Shown here piece after piece: positions 27,571 to 37,060 of a DNA stretch of 64,000 nucleotides. The DNA is taken from contig JBBIOR010000003.1 in assembly GCA_037443265.1 (NCBI GenBank), positions 1-64,000 of the forward strand, given 5' to 3'. The position numbers were made by a program, and so were the translations under genes. Under the pieces are notes generated by a model. That model had not been told where the DNA came from. It worked only from the letters and a program-made list of their open reading frames with translations, and ran no database searches. The DNA comes from Candidatus Fraserbacteria bacterium. Lineage in GTDB: Bacteria > Bipolaricaulota > Bipolaricaulia > RBG-16-55-9. Numbering within the stretch: position 1 is the first letter of the stretch; each line of letters opens with the position of its first letter.

Positions 27571-29055
27571 TTAGAAGCCCGCTTTCAGCTCTTGGAGGAA
27601 GCGTCGCACTTGACGGTGGTAGGAGTCGAAGGGATCATCGAAGATGAGGGAGCGCTTGGCCCCAACGGTGACCCCGTCCCACTCGATGAGATAGTCGCTT
27701 ATGGGCAGGGAGCGCAGCGCCTGGACGACTTGGGCGCGGGCCTGGCCTCGGGTCTCGGTGGGGCCCTCATGGAGGGCCTTTTCGATGTCGGAGTCCTCGA
27801 TCAAGTGGCGGACCTCACCGGCCTCCGCTAGGGCATAGTAGAGGCCCTGGTCGGGATTGATGTTATGATACTCGAGATCCAGACTATGGAGCATGGGGTC
27901 ATTCCAGTTGAGTCCTTCGGCTTGGCGATAGAGATCCAGCAGCCCTCTCTTGGCCACCCAATCCAGACGATCTACCAGGGTCATGGGGTTCCGCTCCAAG
28001 GCGTCGAGGGTGGCCTCCCACTCGTCTAGAATGAGATCCGTCTCCTCATCCCGGTCCCGGAAGCGTTGGGCGCTTTCCAGATAGTGCCGCTGGACGTCTA
28101 CGGCTCGGATGGTCCGGCCGTCTTCTAATCGAACGATCCAGCGCCAGGTGGGATCGCGCGAGATCTCCTTGAGGGTAGGGATAGGCCTGGCCAATTCTAA
28201 ATCTTGTGGGGAGGCGTGCTCTTCGATGGCGTCGAGCACGAGAGCCGTTGTGCCCACCTTCAGGAACGTGGCATACTCCGACATATTGGACTCCCCAAAG
28301 AGGATGTGGAGACGCGGAGCGTGCGAGGTGTCCTGGAAGCTGTCCCACTTGGGGTTGATCAGCGCCCGGCTGAAGCGGACGCGCCCGGAGGCGACATAGA
28401 GAATATGATCTGCCCGCTGGGAGAGCTGAAAATCTACGGTAGGGTCAGGCTCCACGCCGTAGATCTGATCGGTGAAGGCGTAATCGACCCGATGGCGGCT
28501 CAGAGCTCGGATCATGCGGCCGGGATCGCTGGTGAGTCGGTGTCCGCCTACCCGGCCTGCTCCGGCGAAGATCTGCCGCGTCACCAAGAAGGGAATAAGC
28601 GGGGCCAGATCCCTCCCATACGGGTGCGTTTCGGGATTGAGCGAGTAGTTCTCGTGGCACCCGAACGTATGGCCGCCGTAGTGATCGATGTTGTTGTTGT
28701 GGAAGCTGACCCGCTCTGTCCAATCTAGCTCTCGCAAGATTTGAAGGATGAGTCGCTGGCCCGCCTTCTCATAAGCCACTAGCTCCCGAAGGGAGCGGCA
28801 CTCGGGGGTGGCATATTCTAAGTGGCTGCCGACCACGTCGATGTAGAGGCGGCCGCCGTTGATCAAAAAACCTCCGGCCTCGGCGGGCTCGAAGAAGGCG
28901 TCGCGCGCATGTCTATCTATTAAGCCCCAGCGACGGCCGCGGAACGCTTGCTCTTTGACGCGCTCGACGACCTCCTCAGGGTCGCAGAGCGCGGAGTCGC
29001 GCACCAGACAGCCGAACTCCGTCTCGATGCCGACAATTCTGTTCAACAGAGTCAT
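27571..29055 (-). CDS. pafA: Pup/UBact-protein ligase PafA
   Basis: RIVGIETEFG, NGGRLYIDVVGSHLEYATPEC, GCHENY, SQRADH, LDWVAK, LDLEYH. Confidence 0.9.
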   Translation of the reverse strand: MTLLNRIVGIETEFGCLVRDSALCDPEEVVERVKEQAFRGRRWGLIDRHARDAFFEPAEAGGFLINGGRLYIDVVGSHLEYATPECRSLRELVAYEKAGQRLILQILRELDWTERVSFHNNNIDHYGGHTFGCHENYSLNPETHPYGRDLAPLIPFLVTRQIFAGAGRVGGHRLTSDPGRMIRALSRHRVDYAFTDQIYGVEPDPTVDFQLSQRADHILYVASGRVRFSRALINPKWDSFQDTSHAPRLHILFGESNMSEYATFLKVGTTALVLDAIEEHASPQDLELARPIPTLKEISRDPTWRWIVRLEDGRTIRAVDVQRHYLESAQRFRDRDEETDLILDEWEATLDALERNPMTLVDRLDWVAKRGLLDLYRQAEGLNWNDPMLHSLDLEYHNINPDQGLYYALAEAGEVRHLIEDSDIEKALHEGPTETRGQARAQVVQALRSLPISDYLIEWDGVTVGAKRSLIFDDPFDSYHRQVRRFLQELKAGF

Positions 29056-29060
29056 CCTTC

Positions 29061-29822
29061 TTATAGGAGGAAAGGTTCGAGTTCCTCCTGGTTTAAGAGT
29101 CGAAGCCTCCGTTCTCGAGAAGGATCGCGCTCCAGCACCGCAGCTTCTATCTCCATGCCTTCCTTGAGCGACTCTGTGAGGATTTGCTGGATCTGCTGGC
29201 GGGTCGGAAGCTTCTCTGCTCCCTCACCCTCCGCCTTAAGAGCCCACTGTCCGATGGCCCAGGCGGAGAGAGCCCTTTCGAGGCCCGCATCCAGCTTGAT
29301 GGTCTTGCGCTTGGTCTCTAAAAAAGCGCGCTCCATCTGCCGCTCGGCGAATTCTGTGCCGGCGATGGCTGCCTGCTGGCGATGGAGCATGAATTCCCCA
29401 TCATAGTTGAGCCTAAAGAACAGATCATCTTCCGGGCGATCGCCCACCTGAGCGAACAAGCCCTTCAGGACCAGGGGTGTGCGAAACGGATCGGCAAACG
29501 AGCGCTTGAGCACCGGGCTGATGGCAAAGCTTAGGACCCGTTGAATGGAGACGTCCTCGGGGCTGCGCTGATACCCTTCGGCGTGGGCGAAGTCCACGGC
29601 CAGTTGCCGGACGGCTTCCAAATCCGAAGGATTTCCTAAGCCCGCGAAGGCCAAGCGATCGTAGATCTCGAAGATCTTGCGCTGGGTACGCCGTGTGCTG
29701 AGCAGCAGGACCCCCACATCGCAGCTGATCCCGACCACCGGGCTGCCTCCGCGGAGGCGATCTTCGACGTAGTCGGCTTTCTGTCGGAGTGTCTGCTGCC
29801 AGTCGTAGGGCGTGTAGGCCAT
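29061..29822 (-). CDS. prcA: 20S proteasome alpha subunit
   Basis: QKADYV, RKIFEIYDR, YDGEF, EAAVLER. Confidence 0.9.
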   Translation of the reverse strand: MAYTPYDWQQTLRQKADYVEDRLRGGSPVVGISCDVGVLLLSTRRTQRKIFEIYDRLAFAGLGNPSDLEAVRQLAVDFAHAEGYQRSPEDVSIQRVLSFAISPVLKRSFADPFRTPLVLKGLFAQVGDRPEDDLFFRLNYDGEFMLHRQQAAIAGTEFAERQMERAFLETKRKTIKLDAGLERALSAWAIGQWALKAEGEGAEKLPTRQQIQQILTESLKEGMEIEAAVLERDPSRERRLRLLNQEELEPFLL

Positions 29823-29838
29823 ATTATATTATATTATA

Positions 29839-30636
29839 TTATTCTCGGCGGAGCTGGCGCTGGAGGCTCCGCAGCTTCTCTTCCGGGATGTCTATCACTC
29901 CTTGGGCGGTGATGGTCTTCGCCAGCGGGGGTGGCCCAATCAAGCCGGCCGTGGCCGGATCTAAGCTGGCCGCGATGTCCAGCAAGAGCAGCGATTCTTT
30001 GAGCACCTCCTCCAAAGGCATCTCATGGAAGGGCCCGCGGGTTCGGGCAATATACTCGAACGTGCCGCGGATCTTCTCCGCGCCCGAGCCGGCCGCTCCA
30101 TATTCTCGGCTCTCGAAGCGCGCGCCCAGCATGTCATAGAAGAAGATTCGTCCCTGAGTGGCCGTGCGATCATAGGCGCTCACGATGGGCAAAAATCCCC
30201 CCAAGCCCTGCAGCGCGCCGGGGAGGCTCTGAGCCAGCACTCGAGAGACTTCCGCGAGCTTTCCCTCTAGGCTCATCTCCTGAAGCTGGCTGCGGGCGTA
30301 GTATTTGAACGAGTGCCTCAGGAAACGGGCCGCTTCCGCCGCTGGAGCGTAGGAGCCGGCTACGGCAATGAGTGTGTAATCATCCAGTTTGAGGATCTTC
30401 TCGGCCTCGTCGTAGAGGATGCCCCCCGCTGAGGTGGCCCGCCGATCGGCCACGTTGAGGACTCCCTCGCTGAATTTGAGCGCGATGACGGTGGTGCCCC
30501 AAGCGGCTGAGGCCCTTTCCGCTTCCTGCCCCCAGGCGAGGGTCTGTCTTGCCAGCGGCAGAGGAATCCCCGCGCGCTGGAGCAGACGCGAGAAATCCCC
30601 CCAAGTCCCATCGTGTTCCGGGCCCATGGGGTTCAC
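29839..30636 (-). CDS. prcB: 20S proteasome beta subunit (propeptide, catalytic Thr at G|TT)
   Basis: AWGTTVIA, ADRRAT, LEGK, GSG, D.ATAG. Confidence 0.9.
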   Translation of the reverse strand: MNPMGPEHDGTWGDFSRLLQRAGIPLPLARQTLAWGQEAERASAAWGTTVIALKFSEGVLNVADRRATSAGGILYDEAEKILKLDDYTLIAVAGSYAPAAEAARFLRHSFKYYARSQLQEMSLEGKLAEVSRVLAQSLPGALQGLGGFLPIVSAYDRTATQGRIFFYDMLGARFESREYGAAGSGAEKIRGTFEYIARTRGPFHEMPLEEVLKESLLLLDIAASLDPATAGLIGPPPLAKTITAQGVIDIPEEKLRSLQRQLRRE

Positions 30637-30812
30637 TCTCCGCTGCGCTGGCGATAGCGACGGGCCTGTCTGGGGTCTACGCGCTTCATTCGCTCGAGCA
30701 GCTCGCGCGTGTTGGGCCTCTCCACCTCAGGCGCGCGCGGATGGCTCTCTTCGTCCTCATGGGGCTTCGTCCAGGGATCGTCCGTGACCGGCCGGGTCTT
30801 GCGCTCGGGCAT
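30633..30812 (-). CDS. ubact: Ubiquitin-like protein UBact (59 aa)
   Basis: GAGGAGGTGA RBS; MPERKT...ELLERMKRVDPRQARRYRQRSGE matches the UBact C-terminus; located between dop and prcB. Confidence 0.9.
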   Translation of the reverse strand: MPERKTRPVTDDPWTKPHEDEESHPRAPEVERPNTRELLERMKRVDPRQARRYRQRSGE

Positions 30813-30817
30813 TCCGT

Positions 30818-32320
30818 TCACCTCCTCAGGCGTCGTTCGGAGTCTGCCACCCATTGTATCAAGTCTTCCAGCGTCGCATCATAGGGGACCTCGAGCGTTC
30901 CGCCCACGAGATTCTTCAGGTCGAGCTCTACAGTTCTGTTCCGGTGAGTCACCATCACTCGGCTCCAGCTGGCGGATCGCACCTCGAAGCGCTGCACGCA
31001 CAGCCCGCGCAGGAAGGCTCGCGTATCCTGGGGTGCTCTTCGCATGGCCTCCTCGATCTCCGCCTCGTGAGTCCAGCGTCGCAGGGCTCCTGCTCTTTCC
31101 AGCGCCCGGGAGAGTCCACGCTCCGGATCGAGATTGTGATATTCCAGTTCGAGGCTGCATAAGAGATCGAGATCGCCCTTCACCGGGGCCCCTTCGCTCT
31201 CAATGAAAGATTCCAAAAGTTCGCGCTTGGCCACCCAGTCGAGGCGGTCCTTGAGCCGCCGCGGATCGGCCTCAAGATCATCCAGCACGCTCTCCCACTC
31301 GCGAAGCACCCAGTCTGTCTCCTCATCCCGACCGGCGAAGAGCTCTTGGGCCGCCCGTAGATAGGCCCGTTGGATGTCGATGGCCGGAATCGTCCTGCCA
31401 GAGATCTGTTCGACCAGCCAGTGTCGATCTTGATCGTGAGAGATCTGCTTTATCGCCCGCACCGGATCCTTGAGTTCGACGGGTGGGCCGTAACCGGCTT
31501 CGAGAGTGGCCAGCACCAGAGCGGTCGTGCCCATCTTGAGAGCCGTGGCATACTCGCTCAAATTCGCATCTCCACAGATGACGTGCAGGCGACGCCACTT
31601 ATGGCGATCCGCGTGGGGCTCATCGCGGGTGTTGATGAGCGGCCTGTGATGGAGCGTATCTATGCCCAAGATCTCATCGAAAAAGTCCGCGCGCTGTGAG
31701 AGCTGATAGATGACCCGCTCTCCCGCGGCTTGCGGGTCGGTGCCTACCTTGCCGGCTCCGGCATAGAGAATACGCGTGACGAGAAAGGGCAGAATCCCGT
31801 TCACCAACTGCTCCAGGGGAATCACGCGCGGCACCAGATAATTCTCATGGCAGCCGTAGCTCATGCCGTGGTAGTCCGTGTTATTTTTATAGACGGACAC
31901 GGCCCGCCCCGTGCGCTGCTCATAGCGCTTGGCGCAGGCCCATACGATGCGCTCCCCGGCCCGATCCTGGGCGATGAGATCTTTCAAGCTGTGGCACTCC
32001 GGTGTGCTGTACTCTGGATGGCCGTGATCGTGATAGAGCCGAGCGCCGTTTGGGAGCACGCGATCCACGTGCTCTTCGTGAGCGGTGCGCGGCCTGGGAG
32101 CGTGAGAGATCCTTTCATAGCGATCGTCTTTGGGGTTGGTTCTTAGGCGAGGAGCGCGGAAGCCGCGCAGATCTTGCAAGGGGCTCTCGTCACGATAGTC
32201 CCAGCGAGGCCCCGCCGGAAGAAAACTCACAAGCGCTCGGGCCTCCGAAGTGAGATCCCCTATATCCACGCCCTCGATATACAGGCCGTATTCCGTCTCT
32301 AACCCGAGCAGGCGATCCAT
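30818..32320 (-). CDS. dop: Dop-type deamidase/deconjugase (PafA2 family)
   Basis: GLETEYG, NGARLYHDHGHPEYSTPEC, KNNTD, INTRDEPHAD, RRLHVICGDAN. Confidence 0.9.
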   Translation of the reverse strand: MDRLLGLETEYGLYIEGVDIGDLTSEARALVSFLPAGPRWDYRDESPLQDLRGFRAPRLRTNPKDDRYERISHAPRPRTAHEEHVDRVLPNGARLYHDHGHPEYSTPECHSLKDLIAQDRAGERIVWACAKRYEQRTGRAVSVYKNNTDYHGMSYGCHENYLVPRVIPLEQLVNGILPFLVTRILYAGAGKVGTDPQAAGERVIYQLSQRADFFDEILGIDTLHHRPLINTRDEPHADRHKWRRLHVICGDANLSEYATALKMGTTALVLATLEAGYGPPVELKDPVRAIKQISHDQDRHWLVEQISGRTIPAIDIQRAYLRAAQELFAGRDEETDWVLREWESVLDDLEADPRRLKDRLDWVAKRELLESFIESEGAPVKGDLDLLCSLELEYHNLDPERGLSRALERAGALRRWTHEAEIEEAMRRAPQDTRAFLRGLCVQRFEVRSASWSRVMVTHRNRTVELDLKNLVGGTLEVPYDATLEDLIQWVADSERRLRR

Positions 32321-32333
32321 GAGCGCAACGTCA

Positions 32334-34025
32334 TCATACCACGGAATCCGTGGAGAGTCTTCGGCTATCAGCCCGAATCGGACGGACCTCCACGACTTCC
32401 TCTGGGTCGTAGTCGATGAGTTTCAGCCAGTCTTCCAGATAGTCCGTCTTGGGGAATATCTCATTTTCTTTATATTCGAGTCGGATCGCCTCTTTCAGGT
32501 CTTGGGGGCGGATGCCCTCGTGCTTGCTAGCCCGCTCGATGCTGCGCTGGATCGCGAAATCTTTGGCGCGCTCTACGGCGGACATGATGAGCGCGCCGCT
32601 CACCAGATCGCTCCAGTAGAGCGTCTCGCGTCGGCCACTCTTTAGCACCACTTCCAGAAACGCCGTCTCAGGGCCACGGCGGAAGAGGTAGTCTGCGGCC
32701 TGCTCCACCAGCTCGTCGCGGGAGGCCTTCACATCCCCATCGTGCTCCCTTATCCAGTCGGGATCGAGGGGGATACGCTCGTTCAGATAGATTCTGAATA
32801 TATCCGCCGAGGCCCGGCGATCCGGCCGGCCGATCTTCACTTTTCTATCGATGCGCTCCGGTCTTAAGATGGCCGGATCGATGTAATCCGGGCGGTTGGA
32901 GGTGAGCATGACGATGACGTTCTCCAGACCCACCAGGCCATCCATCTCCGCGGCGAACTGAGGCACAACCGTGTTGGCAATGTTGAGATATCTTCCGCTG
33001 CTGCGCACGCGGAGCAAAGAGTCCGCTTCGTCGATGAACACAAACACGAGATGGCCCTCTTTGGCCCGCTCACGGGCCGCGGCGAAGATCTCGCGCACCA
33101 TGCGCTCGGTCTCGCCCAGCCACATGTTCAACAATTGCGGCCCGTTGATGAACATGAAATACTCGCGCACATCTTTGCCGACGCGCTCCCTATAGGCCTG
33201 CGTGAGATTATAGGCCGTGGCTTTGGCGATGAGCGTCTTGCCGCACCCCGGCGGTCCGTAAAGCAAGATACCCTTCAGCTGCTTCTTGTCAAATCTCTCA
33301 TAGAGCTCGGGATAGAGCAGCGGCCGCTCGATCGTGTCCCGAATGAGCCGGATCGCTTCCTCCTGGCCGCCGATCTGGTCCCAAGCGATCTCCGGAATCT
33401 TCTCCAAATAATAGCCCCGCACTTCGGACTTTTGGAAGTGTTCGAGCGCCACGCGCAACGAGGGCTCCAGGCGGACCTCATCTCCGGGCTTGAGGGTGAT
33501 CTTCTCCAGATCCGACGAGCGCAGGATGATCCGCCCCGCCAGATGCCCATCGCTCGAGACCCTCAGTCGCCCATCGGGCAGGATCTCTGAGACTTTGACA
33601 ATGGGACCCTCGGGGTGATAGCCCAGATCGCCAATGACCGTAAAAGCCTCATTGACCTTCACGCGGGTGCCGATCTTCAGAGCCTTGGGGTCGAGCTTGG
33701 GGTCCACGTTGCAGTAGTATTCCGCATCGCCTACGGCCAGATAGGCGATGCCCTCGGCTGGAGAGCCCAGATACGTGCCGATGCGGTTCGCCGGAGCAGT
33801 GAGTTTTCTATAGACCTCTTCAAATTGGGCGATGGCCTGTCGGGCCTCTTGTAGCTGCTGTTCATCGACCCCAAGCTGATAATCCAGAAGCTCTAGTAGC
33901 TCTAGGCGGGGATCGCTCTGGGACGTACGCGCGAGGATCTCAGCTAAGAGGGCGCGGGCCCGGATCTGGGTCTCGAATCTCTTCGGCTCAAACGATCCCT
34001 CGTGGGGCTGCTTGCGCCCGGCCAT
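32334..34025 (-). CDS. arc: Proteasome-associated AAA ATPase ARC/Mpa
   Basis: Coiled coil plus OB domains, GPPGCGKT, WLGETER, FIDEAD, DPAILRPERID, KENE..P. Confidence 0.92.
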   Translation of the reverse strand: MAGRKQPHEGSFEPKRFETQIRARALLAEILARTSQSDPRLELLELLDYQLGVDEQQLQEARQAIAQFEEVYRKLTAPANRIGTYLGSPAEGIAYLAVGDAEYYCNVDPKLDPKALKIGTRVKVNEAFTVIGDLGYHPEGPIVKVSEILPDGRLRVSSDGHLAGRIILRSSDLEKITLKPGDEVRLEPSLRVALEHFQKSEVRGYYLEKIPEIAWDQIGGQEEAIRLIRDTIERPLLYPELYERFDKKQLKGILLYGPPGCGKTLIAKATAYNLTQAYRERVGKDVREYFMFINGPQLLNMWLGETERMVREIFAAARERAKEGHLVFVFIDEADSLLRVRSSGRYLNIANTVVPQFAAEMDGLVGLENVIVMLTSNRPDYIDPAILRPERIDRKVKIGRPDRRASADIFRIYLNERIPLDPDWIREHDGDVKASRDELVEQAADYLFRRGPETAFLEVVLKSGRRETLYWSDLVSGALIMSAVERAKDFAIQRSIERASKHEGIRPQDLKEAIRLEYKENEIFPKTDYLEDWLKLIDYDPEEVVEVRPIRADSRRLSTDSVV

Positions 34026-34143
34026 GGTCTCACCTCGAGACTTAACGTTAACGCGAATCCTGCGGGGATGCAAGGGTCACGTGGGATTCGCTTAGGTGAC
34101 CCTACCGCTTGCTGTGTGTCTCCGTTCGAGATAAAAAGGAGCC

Positions 34144-35430
34144 ATGGCGCTTCAAAGAGGCTGGATTCTTCTGCTGGTGCTCATGGCGTGGACCCCGGTC
34201 CCTGCGCAGGGAGTGTGGGCGTGGGAGTCCGTCCGGGCGCAGCTGGCACAGAGCCTTCCCCTCATCGGCGTGGATCGAGTCCATCAGCAGTTGGGCATCA
34301 CGGGCTCCGGTGTGGATGTCCTTATCATCGATGACTGGACGATCAACGAGGAGGGCCTTGTCCATGGGCAAGCGGTGGCTGAAGCGGTGAGGGCGGTCGC
34401 CCCAGGGGCTCGACTCTCGTTTTGCAAGCTGGACTTTTCAACCACGAAAGAAGGGGATCTCACAAGGTGTTTGACGCAGATGTTGAGAGAGCGCCCGATT
34501 CGCGTGGTCAATCTGAGCTTCGCTGTGGGAGAGAATCTCTTCCGTCAGCCGTGCGCCTGGGTGGATGACGCGTTGGCTCGGGCCATCCGGCAGCTCTCTC
34601 GCCTGGGCGTCATCTTTGTGGCGGCGGCCGGCAACGACGGGATGAAGGGTGCTCTGCGCTACCCGGCGTGTCTGCCTGAAGTGATCTCTGTAGGGGCGAC
34701 GTATGATCTGGCGGGTCCGGTCGAGTTTGACACAGATCAAGTCTTCTGTCGGGATCAGGCGGCTGTGGATCAAGTGGCGTGTTACTCGAACGTCGCGGAT
34801 TATTTGTCTCTGGTGGCACCGGGGACCGTGATCAGCACGCCTTCCGCCCGCAACTTTGGAGGTACCTCGGCTGCCGCTCCCCTCGTGAGTGGCATAATTG
34901 CCCTCCTGCTCGAGGCAGATCCATGGCTCTCGGAGCGGCAAATCCTCAGTAAACTCCGAAGCACCGCAGCCAGAGCGTTCGACCCGGCGACGGATGAAGT
35001 CTATCCTCGAGTGGACGCCTATCGAGCGGTTCGCGCGGCCATCTCGGGCACTTCACGTGAGAGAGTGACGCGATTCGACGCCAACGGCAACGGCGTGCTC
35101 GATGACTCTGAGTTCTTCGCCGCCGTGGACGAGTGGATTGCCCATCAAATCAGCGATGAACTCTTCTTTAGGGTAATGGATGCCTGGGCTACGCAGAGAC
35201 GGCTTCTGGCCGTGGCAGATCGTACGGAGCCTTCGGAGTTAGCAAGGGCTGAAAGGATTCAGCTCTTTGATCTTCAAGGAACGCCCATTGCCCAGCTGCC
35301 GGGAACGGCGTGGCAGGCACTTCGTCGCTCCTTGCCCACGTTGGCCAACGGGATCTACGTTTACGTGGCGGAGTTCTCGCAGGAGGGACGCAGGACCCAA
35401 AAGATGGGCAAGCTCGTGATTCTGAAATGA
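34144..35430 (+). CDS. Secreted subtilisin-like S8 protease with EF-hand and T9SS-like C-terminal domain
   Basis: Triad IIDD / VHGQAV / GTSAAAP, AAAGN; DANGNGVLDDSE; LANGIYVY...GKLVILK. Confidence 0.85.
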   Translation: MALQRGWILLLVLMAWTPVPAQGVWAWESVRAQLAQSLPLIGVDRVHQQLGITGSGVDVLIIDDWTINEEGLVHGQAVAEAVRAVAPGARLSFCKLDFSTTKEGDLTRCLTQMLRERPIRVVNLSFAVGENLFRQPCAWVDDALARAIRQLSRLGVIFVAAAGNDGMKGALRYPACLPEVISVGATYDLAGPVEFDTDQVFCRDQAAVDQVACYSNVADYLSLVAPGTVISTPSARNFGGTSAAAPLVSGIIALLLEADPWLSERQILSKLRSTAARAFDPATDEVYPRVDAYRAVRAAISGTSRERVTRFDANGNGVLDDSEFFAAVDEWIAHQISDELFFRVMDAWATQRRLLAVADRTEPSELARAERIQLFDLQGTPIAQLPGTAWQALRRSLPTLANGIYVYVAEFSQEGRRTQKMGKLVILK

Positions 35431-35434
35431 ACCC

Positions 35435-35510
<76 letters not shown>

Positions 35511-35598
35511 AAGCTCTTTAATACTACCCTGTCCTAGCCCCCAGGTCAAGCAGCAGTCCTTGTGCTCACGCGCCAGGTCCACTACAATAGCTCAAGAG

Positions 35599-36294
35599 AT
35601 GAAGAAGGAACTGGAAGCCCTCTTAGCTCTTCAAGCGCAAGACAAACGCCTTAGGACTTTGCAGGACCAACTCCAGCGACTCTTCGAACAGCGCCAGCAG
35701 CTGCAAGCCACTCTGGACGCAGAAGAGCAGATCTTAGCCGAAGAGCGGAGGCGATTGGCTGAGCTCCAACGCCTCAGCTGGGAGAAGACAGCGGAAGTCG
35801 ATGATCTGGATGTCCAGATTCGCAAATACGAGCACCAGCTGGAGGAAGGCCTCCTCAGCTTCAAGGAGATGGAGGCGCTGCGCGAGAAAGTCCAGCACAG
35901 CCGTCAGCGCATGGAGCAGCTGGAAGAGGAGGCCATTCCGCTCTTAGAACGAGTCGAGCAGGAGAGGGCCAAGATGGCCGAGCGCGAGGCGGCCTTTGCC
36001 CAGTGGAAGAGCCGCATGGCCGAGGAAGTCGCCGAAGTGAATCAGCAGTCGGAAGAGCAGCGTCGGAAGATCGAGGAGGAGCAAGCCAAGCGCCGGGAGC
36101 TGGCCCAGCACGTCGATGCGGCCCTTCTGGAGCGCTACGAGCGTCTCCGTGCCGAATATGAAGACCCCCTGGTCGCTGTGCGCGACGGGCGCTGCAACGG
36201 TTGCAAGCTTAACTTGAGCGAGACCACCATCGAGCGCGTCCGCGAGGGGTTAGACCTCGTGACCTGCGAGAACTGCTTGCGCATTCTATATTAG
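35599..36294 (+). CDS. Coiled-coil plus C4 zinc ribbon protein (DUF164 type)
   Basis: L..LQAQD, long coiled coil, CNGC..CENCLRILY. Confidence 0.9.
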   Translation: MKKELEALLALQAQDKRLRTLQDQLQRLFEQRQQLQATLDAEEQILAEERRRLAELQRLSWEKTAEVDDLDVQIRKYEHQLEEGLLSFKEMEALREKVQHSRQRMEQLEEEAIPLLERVEQERAKMAEREAAFAQWKSRMAEEVAEVNQQSEEQRRKIEEEQAKRRELAQHVDAALLERYERLRAEYEDPLVAVRDGRCNGCKLNLSETTIERVREGLDLVTCENCLRILY

Positions 36295-36307
36295 TAGCTC
36301 TCAGCCT

Positions 36308-37060
36308 GTGATGTCCCGTAGGGCATTCTGGGTCATTGGGGGAATGATCTGCTTCGGGCTCTTTAAGGGTCTGGCAGCCGAAGAGCCTCCGCTCCCCCAG
36401 CCGATAGGGGAGCTCAACGACTACGCGGGCATCCTGGGACAAGAGAGCCGCCAGCAACTCCAACGCAGCATCGATGAGCTGAAGACCCAAGGCGTGAAGG
36501 TGTTTTTGCTGATCACTCTTCTTGATCCCTTCAGCGATCCTGCGCAGCTGGCAGAGAGGATCTGGCAGGCGTGGAAGCTTGCGCCTGAGCGAACGATCCT
36601 CATCGTGTTCGTGAGGGAGGCAGACCAGTGGGCTCTCTGGTGGAAGCTCACGCCGGATCTGGCCTCACAGTTGGACTACTCCTCCACTGGGGAGTATCGG
36701 AGCTCTCTGGAGCGGCTCCTCAAAGAGCGGCGGGTGGGACAGGCTGTTGTGCATTCCATTGAGTCGCTGCGAGGGTGGTTTGCCCCTCCCAAAGCGTCTG
36801 AGGAACTTCCGCCCAGAGCGGGTCCTTCTGCGGGCTCTCCGCTCTTCTGGTACCTGCTGGCAGGAGCAGGCGGAGTGGGGATGATTGCAGGCTTGATCTG
36901 GTTCGCTCTCGTCTGGCTCTGCCCCGAGTGCGGGGGGAGGCTGAGCCGGCGTTCTGCCTGGGCTTTCGGGCCCGGCCGTTGGGCTCGTAGCCGGAGGCGC
37001 GAGCGGGTATACTATTGTGCGCGATGTGGGTATCTCCGCATCCGACGGGGAGAGAGGTAG
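36308..37060 (+). CDS. TPM-domain membrane protein with C-terminal Zn ribbon
   Basis: LNDYAGIL, TM helix, CPECG..CARCG. Confidence 0.75.
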   Translation: MMSRRAFWVIGGMICFGLFKGLAAEEPPLPQPIGELNDYAGILGQESRQQLQRSIDELKTQGVKVFLLITLLDPFSDPAQLAERIWQAWKLAPERTILIVFVREADQWALWWKLTPDLASQLDYSSTGEYRSSLERLLKERRVGQAVVHSIESLRGWFAPPKASEELPPRAGPSAGSPLFWYLLAGAGGVGMIAGLIWFALVWLCPECGGRLSRRSAWAFGPGRWARSRRRERVYYCARCGYLRIRRGER

